From assembly GCA_977862235.1 (NCBI GenBank), contig OZ374561.1:124001-188000 (forward strand): DNA of 64,000 nucleotides. The letters run 5' to 3'. The notes beneath the pieces were generated by a model. It did not search any database and was not told where the DNA came from. It saw nothing but the letters and a program-made list of their open reading frames with translations. The position numbers were made by a program, and so were the translations under genes. Numbering within the stretch: the first letter of the stretch is position 1; every line of letters begins with the position of its first letter. This document shows, piece after piece, positions 45,342 through 55,117 of the stretch. The stretch comes from Dudresnaya verticillata (lineage: Eukaryota).

Positions 45342-46826
45342 TGTGTCTGGGTGACAAGATACATGGGTCAAGAGATTGAGGTCATCCAAAGTTGGTGGGG
45401 ATGAGATAATGGAGAGGAGCGCTTCCGGCTGACGGCGTGATCTTATATCTGCCGCGACGGGATGCAGATTGAGTGCAAATACTCTTGCGGCGAAAAGAGT
45501 AGGCGTTCATGTCTGTTTCGCCGCAAAGGCACGGCAGTCCAGCTCTGCATCGGAGGTGACAGAGAGTAGGCACAGGTGGCACGAACGGATTCAATTTGGT
45601 CCAATCAGAAATCAGAAAAGGCCAAATCCAGCAACGTCCAGCAATGACTGCTGACTCTAAATTGATCAGATGCAGCTCTCCACGTTGAGCAGCGTGAGAC
45701 TGCCAGAACCAACAGCATTTGCGGCACCCAGCATACCAACCTGTTGGCCAACAGACTTGTCGACTTTACATTTGTATACATGTAGAGCACTTTGTGCTGC
45801 ACTTACAGCAGTCGTTCAATGTCAAGCCTGAGCGCAAGGCCTCAACAACCGGCTCTGGGTATCTTTAGATACGGCTTGACAAGCCTGGTGCAAAGCTCTT
45901 CTGGCTGGCGTTGTGACCTTGCTGGCTCTTCTCTATCTTTCAGCAGAAGAGGTACCCTTAGTTGGAGTACAGAGCCATGCAAACTCTATAACGACTGTAG
46001 TCTGTCTCAAACTCGTCTGTATACATACCAGCTTTGGAAATGCCAAAACACAGCGATTTGCTCGTAGCCATCCGCAAGTTCCTGTGTAATAGTTCACATG
46101 CCCTCATTCCTTTGCGACCGATTACGCGTTGATTCCAATTACTTCCAACTTTTGTGACTCATATTCGAAGATGCTCCCTGTATCCACGTCGAAAATCGAT
46201 ACCTTCCGAATCCTGCCTGAGGTTCGCTAGGCTCGTTTTTCCCCCTCGCTACTTCAAAACACATCTGCAGCAGCCATCTTGTACCAGGAAATAGGAATGC
46301 ACTTGGCATCACTTCCGTGGCTCAGTAAGGCGGGCTAGAATACATTTTTCGAGCACGCTCACAGCTTCCTTTTCGTCTTGGGCCCCAAGAGATTCATAAC
46401 ACTGGACTCCTGTTAAATTAAGAGCAGAACTGCAAATCCCAGTTAGAAAGCTGGAAGCAAAACGCCAATATCCCCATCGCATCCGCGTATTCAAGTAAAC
46501 ATGAATACGCACTCTTGACAACATCAGAAACCGAAGCAATTACACTCACCAAGCTTTGTGCTATGTTCCGGGAAGCGCACTGCAGATTTTCTTCGTCTTT
46601 TGGAATTCCCATTTGGGAGTCGTCGGCGTCTAGCGGTGTTGCAGCTTGCATCGTGCTTGAACTTTCAAGTTGTGACATCAGAAATATCGAAAGTGGCAGG
46701 GGACGTCTGGTCTGTAAACAAGCTTCAGTTGTTGGTGAAACGAGCCTGAAGCAAAGCAGGCATGCCCGTAGAGAAGCAGAGCGACTTGAAGTAAGCGTGC
46801 GGTGACGCGTTGCGTTTCGATTCAAG

Positions 46827-47609
46827 TTACTGTAGCTGTTTCTCTTCGCCAAGTAAGCGTGAAACGCCACCAGCCTCAATAATTTCTTCACCTGCTTGCG
46901 ATTCGACCTCCGCGACAACTTCTTCCCATTTCTCAAGTGGCGAATTATCAATCGGTGCTCCCACGGCAAGCTTTGAAGCCGCGACCAGACGATCGAGCTG
47001 AGAAACAATATGTGCCTCGTTCTCCTTCTGCGTAGGGTACTTATTGGATGAAAACCGTACGACATCACCAATCGTTCGGGGTCCCGCCAGACGTCTCAAT
47101 ACAACCTCTGCCGGCCTGGTCAGCTTCAGATCCGGTATGCTCACCTCCGCCGTGACCTTGCGCTGAATCGGATACGGGTAGATGTCTGAAGCAGCGGCCT
47201 GTACAGCATTGGTCGATATGCGGCTTGCGCGCAGCACGGAGATGGTGTGCCGAGTTATTGCGGGTAGCACATGGGCCCTTGGCGCGGCGCTTGTGTGCGG
47301 AGTTGTGGCAGACTTAACCATCTTCGCGACTAGCTCGGTGGCTAGCTCTTCTGTGACTTCCTTCTCCGACATTGCGTCCAGCACCTCCTCGACGGGTAGT
47401 TCTTCCTCCACTTCGAGATCGAAGCCGTCCAGCGCGAACTCGTCTTCTTCATCTGCATCCTCCGGGGGGTTTTCTGGATCCTTCCCGGAGCCATCACCGT
47501 CGCCGCCGTTCGAGGTCGAGAGCCTTCTTAGGCCGACGAGCGACGTCTTTTCCTGTGTAAAAAGAGAGCGCACACTCGGCCAGAATCGCGTTCTCAAAGA
47601 TGTCTGCAT
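46827..47609 (-). CDS. MRPS35: Mitochondrial ribosomal protein mS35 (MRP-S28/Rsm24 domain)
   Basis: Mitochondrial-type presequence (MQTSLRTRFW...RRLSTS); P.QRKVTAEVSIPDLKL...LRRLAGPR...VRFSSNKYPTQKEN...LDRLV. Confidence 0.8.
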   Translation of the reverse strand: MQTSLRTRFWPSVRSLFTQEKTSLVGLRRLSTSNGGDGDGSGKDPENPPEDADEEDEFALDGFDLEVEEELPVEEVLDAMSEKEVTEELATELVAKMVKSATTPHTSAAPRAHVLPAITRHTISVLRASRISTNAVQAAASDIYPYPIQRKVTAEVSIPDLKLTRPAEVVLRRLAGPRTIGDVVRFSSNKYPTQKENEAHIVSQLDRLVAASKLAVGAPIDNSPLEKWEEVVAEVESQAGEEIIEAGGVSRLLGEEKQLQ

Positions 47610-48199
47610 GGCTGAAGAGTAATTCGAGTTGGCAGCAGGATTTTTCTTGCTAACTCCGGATCGGCTCTTACCATCGGTCTCTTAATGAGACAGGATGAGG
47701 CTCGGTTATGTTGTTGGGAAGAGAGCCAAACCGATGCAGACCGAGGAAGCTTGATGTCAAAATTGTGTGGGCCTCCTCCGTCGCGGTAACGTTATTTCGC
47801 GCAAATCCGAGTTTTGGGTGAAGGAAGATCAACGGGAGAGCATCGGCGCCAAGCTGAAGCATTTCTCCATAAATGCATAAACATTTGGAAAGTGTTTCGA
47901 ATGCAGATCATGATCACCAATATTATTACCTAAAAATATGAATGCACTGATATTGAGAGCATGTGGAAAGCACAGATGCAACTAATGTAGTTGTGCGGAA
48001 AACCTAATTGCTGAAAATATTCCACTCTTGAATCCGATTCTGGCTTTCAATGTGAACATATGCACATACCGTGGACCATGGGAAGGGTGGATCGCTTCCC
48101 GAGGGATCCCAGCAATGCAAAGATCGCCCGGCGCCGAGCGATAGGAGCGCAGAAGAGAGTGTGCCGTTTCATACGCGATTCCTTACACATCTGTAAGCC

Positions 48200-48251
48200 C
48201 TTCCCGCACACACTCGCTCCGAGTGGCAACCCTTTCGCGCCACTTTCCCGC
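48200..48251 (+). promoter_or_regulatory. Tandem E2F binding sites upstream of E2F
   Basis: TTTCGCGC 48233-48240, TTTCCCGC 48244-48251 and CTTCCCGC 48200-48207, about 90-140 bp before the ATG. Confidence 0.7.
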
Positions 48252-48339
48252 CCTCGCACTCCCGCCTTCCGCAACGCCGACCCCGGCCGCGCCCGCCCGC
48301 CGCTTCCGCGCCCCCGCGAGCAGCTCCTGCGTCAGCGCG

Positions 48340-49491
48340 ATGACCTCTGACCCTCTGCACCGTTCACCGGCCGCCTCCCATCCGTCCCCGGAGGAGACCG
48401 CCGCTGCCGGCACGCTCACCGCTCTCAAGCGCGACGCCCCTGGTCCGGCCCAGCCTCCGGCCCACCCTCGCCCGGCGCCCCATAAGCGCCCCCGTCCCTC
48501 ACCGCAGCGCGCCACGGCCCCTGGGGCTGCTGCAAACGGAGAGTCTGATAAGGGCTGTCGCTATGATTCCAGCCTTGGCCTGCTCACCACCAAGTTTGTC
48601 AACCTACTGAAGGAGTCGGCCGATGGCGTTCTGGACCTCAACAAGGCTGCCGATTTTCTGCAGGTTCAGAAGCGTCGTATCTACGACATCACCAATGTCC
48701 TAGAGGGAATCGGTATCATCGAGAAGAAGAGCAAGAACAACATCAAGTGGCGCCATCAGGTCGACCCTGCTGCCACATCGCAGCAGGAGTTGGAGTCGCT
48801 GCGCACTGAGCTGGACGCTCTGACACGTGAGGAGCGCGCGATGGACGATACCATCGCCTCTCTGCAGGCCAAGCTGCGCGACCTTGCCGCTGGTGAGCAG
48901 TGCACTGCCTACGCCTACGTCACCCACCAGGATATCAAGTCGATTCCCGAGCTGCGCGGCGATACACTGATCGCTATCAAGGCCCCGCCAGGGACTGAGC
49001 TCGAGGTCCCAGACCCAGACGAGGGTATGCCGTACGGTGAACGCCGCTTCCAGATCTTTCTCAAGTCGACGGGCGGCCCGATTGACTGTCTGCTGGTGTC
49101 GCAGGGTGGCGCGGAGGAATCTGAGGCCGCCGCCGTCGCCCCACGTGGCCCCGCGTCCCCATCGCCACCCTTCGGACAGGGACTTGGGCTTGCAGATGGC
49201 CAGCTCTACCACACACCGCAGGTCAATGGATCGCCAGGTGGGTCTGTACTGAACCACGAGGACGAACCGGATATGTCTAGCTGCCTCAGACTCTCCCCGC
49301 CAAGGGTGGACCAAGAGTTTTACTTCGTACTGGATGATCATAAGATGCAGGACGGTAGCAAGGGCATCTCAGACCTATTTGAAGAGGTCATGACGGCACC
49401 GGAAGAGAAGCCGGATGATGCGGACGGTGGAATGGCTGGATTGGCAGATGTGGAGCGTCTATCGCCAAGGAAGGAGAAGGTCGAGCCTTAA
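48340..49491 (+). CDS. E2F: E2F transcription factor (canonical, DP-dimerising, RB-binding)
   Basis: ATG at 48340, 383 aa. RYDSSLGLLTTKF, QKRRIYDITNVLEGIG, coiled coil, marked box IAIKAPPGTELEVPDP, RB-binding-like EFYF...GISDLF. Confidence 0.97.
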   Translation: MTSDPLHRSPAASHPSPEETAAAGTLTALKRDAPGPAQPPAHPRPAPHKRPRPSPQRATAPGAAANGESDKGCRYDSSLGLLTTKFVNLLKESADGVLDLNKAADFLQVQKRRIYDITNVLEGIGIIEKKSKNNIKWRHQVDPAATSQQELESLRTELDALTREERAMDDTIASLQAKLRDLAAGEQCTAYAYVTHQDIKSIPELRGDTLIAIKAPPGTELEVPDPDEGMPYGERRFQIFLKSTGGPIDCLLVSQGGAEESEAAAVAPRGPASPSPPFGQGLGLADGQLYHTPQVNGSPGGSVLNHEDEPDMSSCLRLSPPRVDQEFYFVLDDHKMQDGSKGISDLFEEVMTAPEEKPDDADGGMAGLADVERLSPRKEKVEP

Positions 49492-50578
49492 GCATTTATT
49501 GTAGGGATGCTCGCTGCGGCGTGCGTCAGTGGTTTTGGGTATTCGACACTATGAGGGCAAAGCACATGTATGGGGAAGGCCCCTTGATCTCACCAGTTTT
49601 GGAAAAGAGCCGCGATGGTGTTTAGTTACGATGTTTGTCAAAGTTTTTGCAACTCTCCGCGTTTCGGCTGCACCCCTGGCTTGGGTTGTGAAAGCTCAGC
49701 ATTCGTGCTCTGGACAATTGTCCTCGCGATCGTAAGATTACTGTGATGAGACAACGTCGTACTTTAGGAACAGTGATGAGGACGAAGAGAGCGATTGCGC
49801 TGCTCCGCTATCTTGAACCATCCTTTCAGTTTTGATCCCTCCAAGCATGCGCTGTACGACATGCGCGCCATCCGTCGTAACACCCGAAGGTATGGCCGAG
49901 CTTGCGCGGTCTTATTGTTATCAACGAATGGGATCCGAGCTTGTGCTCACACTAATAACGTCGTCATAAGCGGCGTGATACAGTAAATACACTAATCTGT
50001 TTTGTAGCCGGCGCTGTACTGTATATTCCCAACTGCAATCCTCTTCATGTGGCTCTCGCCTCCCGCAACGAGCACTCGCGAATGGACGACGCGTGGCCGT
50101 CGTTGTCGCTCCATAGCCGGTGGGCAACACAGAGATACCAAACGTTCGACAAGAACGCACCGTCTCGCCCTTTCGTGAAAGTGAGGGAGGCCTATCCAGA
50201 ATGTAACAGAATGGTGTTACAAATGGTCCTGTGGCGGAATGCTTCTTGTCCACCCCCAGAAGTTAAAAAAAAGGGCCAATTCATAGCTTCAACAGCGCCC
50301 CTCGCTGTTCTGTGCACCTCCCGACGGGTGCGCAGGCTTCTGCTTCAGGGCAACAGTCTAGCGATTAACCCGTTCTCCGCCCTCCGTGCCCACTGGCTCG
50401 CATCCTCTGCCCTCTACAGACCCGACATTCCCCTTTCGCCATGCATTTCCCCCCTGCCATCCCCGCCGTCTCTAAGTGACAGGCCGCGCCTCCGCACGAC
50501 CGTCACCATCCGTCGTCCATCTATCCGGCTGGAGCGCACGCCAAGGAGCCGGGAATCTGCCGCACACCCGAGGGCTCC

Positions 50579-52300
50579 ATGAGCCGTGCACTCCCGCCAC
50601 AAGAGTTGCGAGCTCCCCGCGGCTGCAACCTGCTCGACCTACCAGACGACGTGCTATACACGGTCATATCACACCTGTTTGGCCCAGGACCTCATCTCAG
50701 CGGCCGGGCGCTCTCCTACGCGCGACACGCCTTCTCGCTAGGGCTCGCGAGCACACACACACTACGCCTCCTGGGTACCACGCTATGCACTGTGGATGTG
50801 CGTCCGTCAACCGACCCGCAGGTCGCGCTACCTCTCGCGGCACACCTATCCGCGCCGCACATCGCCTCTTTGGCACGCCTATCCGGCGCGGCCCTGTCCA
50901 AGTGCACATTGCCCTCGTATTCACCGTCTGAAACAGCACTCGTTCTGCAGCACCTCGACTCTGCCTGCCCAAACCTTGTCCACCTCGCCTTCACAGACTC
51001 AGACGAACTCGCAGAATTCCTGGGAGCCTATTTGCGTACCCTGTTGGCACGACTTCATATTGTACATATGCTACACCCTACACTCACCTCGCTCGCAGCG
51101 CTTGAATCCGCACAGGCTCTTCAGCGGGTCGAACTACTCGGGATGTACCCGGAAAACATGCAGCAGGTCATCGGGCTTCTCCGCTGCACTGGGCTAAGGC
51201 TGAGGTCTGTACACGTTGGGCTATGCATCACGAGTAGGGAAGGGCGCAATTTGAGCACGAAACGCAATGCGACGACCAGGTTCTTCAACTTTGTGAAGGA
51301 GTGCCATATGACGAAGCTACCCCAGTTGGAGGAGCTAAATTTCGATACTTCGCCAGCTGGAAAGGTCGAGCATTGTGACATGCCTTTCCAACTCGCATCA
51401 CTCGTAAGACAGGTGAAGGCACTTTCCAGAAGCATCCATGAGAGTCGGAGCCGGCCTGAGGCTGGGCGGCCCAGTGCCATGCTGAAAACAATACACGTGA
51501 GTGCGGATGAAGTCTTCTTTCCGCATTGCTTGTTCGGGATTGCAGGGATAATTACGAAGCAGTGCAATGTAGCTTTTCAGTTTCCTGGTGCAGAGCTGGT
51601 GTTCCCGCCATCATCCGTTAGATGTTGCAGTCCTTACTTCAGGTATGTGCAGGTATGCGAAGACTTTCACAGATATACATCACAGTTCGCTGGGAGATTG
51701 GATAGGATCGAGACACTGGACCTCGGCTCTCGGGACACAGTCACAGCATACAGCCGCGTCCGAACGGGTACTACAGTGATGGCTATGGCACTCGGCGCGG
51801 TGTCAACTCTGCGGATGCTCCGAGCTCCTTTTCGACTAAACGGTAATGATCCTGAGCGCGCGTGTATGCTCATTGCTGACATGCTCGAAGCTTGCAAGAA
51901 TATTCGCATCCTGGAGCTTTCGATGACAGTCATGTACTGTGCGATGAGGCGGAGGACCCAGTACTTGCGTATGATCAAGGCAATGCGTTCGCTGGAAGTG
52001 ATTCGACTACGACGGCAGCATGCCCGTTACTTCTGTAGAGGAGGTCTGGATAAACTGCGACTCTCCAGAAGCGTTTGTCAGTTGCTGGAGGACATGTCTT
52101 CCGCCTGTGTTGGGCTGAAGAAGGTGTGTGTGGAATGGGAACATCGTTATAGCCTGAGCGGGTCCTTCAGCTCTAACATGGAGTCAACCCCAGCTGACTT
52201 CGGGGCAGTATGCAAATTTTTGAATGCATTTGAGGCTTCTATCCCGGGGGTTGACATTGAAAGCTTAAAGATTCATCTGGCGTCCATGTTTGCCGCATAA
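50579..52300 (+). CDS. F-box-like protein with LRR-like body (paralog of 3062..4855)
   Basis: 573 aa; LLDLPDDVLYTVISHL; motifs shared with 3062..4855. Confidence 0.8.
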   Translation: MSRALPPQELRAPRGCNLLDLPDDVLYTVISHLFGPGPHLSGRALSYARHAFSLGLASTHTLRLLGTTLCTVDVRPSTDPQVALPLAAHLSAPHIASLARLSGAALSKCTLPSYSPSETALVLQHLDSACPNLVHLAFTDSDELAEFLGAYLRTLLARLHIVHMLHPTLTSLAALESAQALQRVELLGMYPENMQQVIGLLRCTGLRLRSVHVGLCITSREGRNLSTKRNATTRFFNFVKECHMTKLPQLEELNFDTSPAGKVEHCDMPFQLASLVRQVKALSRSIHESRSRPEAGRPSAMLKTIHVSADEVFFPHCLFGIAGIITKQCNVAFQFPGAELVFPPSSVRCCSPYFRYVQVCEDFHRYTSQFAGRLDRIETLDLGSRDTVTAYSRVRTGTTVMAMALGAVSTLRMLRAPFRLNGNDPERACMLIADMLEACKNIRILELSMTVMYCAMRRRTQYLRMIKAMRSLEVIRLRRQHARYFCRGGLDKLRLSRSVCQLLEDMSSACVGLKKVCVEWEHRYSLSGSFSSNMESTPADFGAVCKFLNAFEASIPGVDIESLKIHLASMFAA

Positions 52301-52633
52301 GCATAGTCTTGCGTTCAGTTGCAGACTTCTGCATTTTCGTACCCTTCTTATCTAACTCATATATCAACTTTATGAGCTTCAGGCATTCAAAAGTTGCAAT
52401 CATGCTCGTTTATCCACTCCCCGGGATAGATCATTCCGGCCCTCGGCACGGCAGCTGTGATAGCCGCTGTAGAATTATAGACTACACGCGCTCGCACACT
52501 TTTATCACACAAGAGCTTTATCGCCATGGCAAACGTATGGCTTCTCCTGCAGAGCCTTCAAAGCAATTGCACATTTACGCATGGCTAAACACGAGACATG
52601 CAATGCAGTTCTACCGAGCAGCTTAATGCCCCC

Positions 52634-54553
52634 TTATTCTCTGCAAGAAGCATAGGATGCTGATGCCTCTGACTCAGATTGCCGCACAATCATTGGTGTA
52701 GCTTGTTGTGATTGATAATGCCGATAATGCCTGGCACTATCGATGATCCTCGCACCTGCCCACCTCCCGTATCTTGGTCGTGACGGCAAAGGTGGAGATG
52801 ATTTTGGCAATACTACCTGTTCCCTTGCCTCATCATTTCGTTTTGCTGATGCACGTGATGCTCTCACTCCATGGCGCGTGCTTTTCACAGCTTGATGCCA
52901 GCTATGATCTGAACCAGCGCAACTGCTCCCGCAAGCATCGCTGTAGACGCGGTCTCTGTACAGATCCATATCGGGTCCATAGTCATTGAACATACTCCCC
53001 ATTGCCTCAATCGTCTCCCAAGTCCAGTATTCTACCGAAACTAAGAAAGTATTCAAGTGCCCCGCCCACGCACTGTGTACATTCAAAACCTCGTTCTTCT
53101 CGTACAGAACAAGGCCAAAGTTAACAGCAACCATAAGATGACTCAGGACAGTAGACTTAACTGGTGTGTCCATCACGGCAGGCCGGAGCAATGCAAAAAA
53201 ATACTGCCATCCTATCGCTGCGCCAAGGAGACTCTGAGCCAGTTCAACTTTGGATAGCCGAAGCACAGTAATTACCAACTGAGTAACCATGTATCCCAGA
53301 TAAAGGGTAGCGTTGACCAGCACTCCTGCTACCAGGACATCGTTGTGAGCCTGCTGCAGCGCGCGAAGGCTTTCGCGTCCAAGGCAAGCAGACGCCAACA
53401 ACAACAGCACTGCCTCCATCATAAATGCTGTCGCAAGATGCATAGCCAAATGCAAGACAGACAATCGGTGGATGCCACCAACAAGGTTGTACATCAGCAC
53501 GAGTACTGGGAGAATCGGACCCAACATCACAAGGTCTTCAAAAACCTCTCCAAGGAGGCTTCGTTCCGGAAAACGTGGCACCAGGTCTTCTACCTTTCTT
53601 GCGAACTTCTTGTCGATCTCTACAGCTTGCTCCAGCCCCTCGGCAAGTGGGGAGAAGAGCTCTGTCGACTTGGCTAGTACACCAACCGCTGTAGCTGGTA
53701 AGTACTCTTTACCACGTGCATCAAGCCAATGGGAAAAGCCAGCCAACCTTAGCTTTTCGCGGAGCTTTCGATGTTTCCCAGCTAGGGAATTATATGTTTC
53801 TCCTAGAAGAGCCAACTGATCTGATAGCTTCTTCGCCTGATTCTGTACTGCATGCAACTGCTGCTCCGGTTCCTCCGCTTTCCGACGAAACGCTGACAGC
53901 TTCTTCTGCGTTTCCTGCTTCAGTCGTATCTCATTTGATCTCTCTTCCGTTTTGTTTGTTATCGACTCGTTCAGAGTTCGCAAGAGTATCGTTTCCGTTT
54001 CCAACCCCGCTTCTAACTTCGCTGCATCTGCGAGACGTTTTCGAAGTCTGTTGCGCAACCACAACACAAGCCCAATTGTCGCGTTCCGTAGCTTCTCCTC
54101 TTCTACTTCAACCTTCTGCGGTTCCCTTTGCACAGTCCCAGATAATGCTCCGGCAGAAGACTGTTTCAATCCTACCGGTGTATGTGAAGTACTTTCGGCC
54201 CTGTTCTGCGCTGCGTTTAGCGCAACGACAACGTTGGCACTTTGATTCACTGAGGACGGCAGGTCGATTCTTCCTTCTAAATCGTTGGGCACATCATCAT
54301 TGTCGGAAAGACTATCATCACTAGACGCCTCACCCGCAGGGTCGTTTTCTAGTCCAGCACCTTTGTCATTTAGTCCTCCCGAAATACTGCTGTTGCCTCC
54401 GGCAGTGTCCCTACTACTTTCCACGGGTGCTCGATCCCCAATCTTCGATAATGACCCCAGCGCCTTGGCCGGGGCGTCTTGGGCTGCTGCGTCGTTCAGA
54501 TGAGACCCAACTGAAAGCATGTAAAGTAGAAACAAAACCGCTCCAGTGCGCAT
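52634..54553 (-). CDS. Signal peptide + coiled-coil + ~5 TM protein, copy A
   Basis: 639 aa; signal peptide MRTGAVLFLLYMLSVG; long heptad region; GFSHWL motif; five hydrophobic segments; polar C-tail. Confidence 0.85.
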   Translation of the reverse strand: MRTGAVLFLLYMLSVGSHLNDAAAQDAPAKALGSLSKIGDRAPVESSRDTAGGNSSISGGLNDKGAGLENDPAGEASSDDSLSDNDDVPNDLEGRIDLPSSVNQSANVVVALNAAQNRAESTSHTPVGLKQSSAGALSGTVQREPQKVEVEEEKLRNATIGLVLWLRNRLRKRLADAAKLEAGLETETILLRTLNESITNKTEERSNEIRLKQETQKKLSAFRRKAEEPEQQLHAVQNQAKKLSDQLALLGETYNSLAGKHRKLREKLRLAGFSHWLDARGKEYLPATAVGVLAKSTELFSPLAEGLEQAVEIDKKFARKVEDLVPRFPERSLLGEVFEDLVMLGPILPVLVLMYNLVGGIHRLSVLHLAMHLATAFMMEAVLLLLASACLGRESLRALQQAHNDVLVAGVLVNATLYLGYMVTQLVITVLRLSKVELAQSLLGAAIGWQYFFALLRPAVMDTPVKSTVLSHLMVAVNFGLVLYEKNEVLNVHSAWAGHLNTFLVSVEYWTWETIEAMGSMFNDYGPDMDLYRDRVYSDACGSSCAGSDHSWHQAVKSTRHGVRASRASAKRNDEAREQVVLPKSSPPLPSRPRYGRWAGARIIDSARHYRHYQSQQATPMIVRQSESEASASYASCRE

Positions 54554-55117
54554 ATCGAGTCAGATTCTTACGGAGCAAGCAAGGGAAGCCTCAAGTATGC
54601 CCTCATGCGCTGGCGCCTGCAACCCTCAGAAGTACTTCTCACAACCACTCAGACCAAAGCAGCTTCATGAACTTCGACCCCGCACTTGAGAGAGAGGAAG
54701 CTGACGTTCTGCTCACAGCATCGTAAGGTCCAGGCTCCGTCGTCCTAGCTAGCATCTCTCTGCGTGACTTGGGCGCGACATCATGGACGGCAAATTGGAA
54801 GCAAAGCGTTTAACGACTAGGTCCAAATTTATCTACGTCACTTCGCAAACCACTTCTCATATAAAACAGTGTCTCGAAATGAGACCGGCCAAGTAGTGTC
54901 TTCGTTCCGGCATGTCCCGATGAGCAAGAGGCTCTGGGAGTTAGTCTGCGATGCATGAACCTAAATTGCCGATAGACCACATTTGGTCGTTGATGCTGGC
55001 GTCGAAACCAGTTGGGCATCCCTGGCGAGATGGAGCTGGCAGTTTTCTGCTCTTCGTAGCTGCCTTCGCTTGTGAATGTCCGTTCTTTGCAACTCTGTAG
55101 GCCCAGTAACACCATGA

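Noticed and set aside
46309..47071. ORFs 46418..47071 and 46309..46539
   Set aside because: The first partly overlaps mS35 in another frame; neither has a recognisable domain.
34343..49491. NF-YA and E2F as a functional cell-cycle cluster
   Set aside because: 13 kb apart with unrelated genes between them; proximity is probably coincidental.
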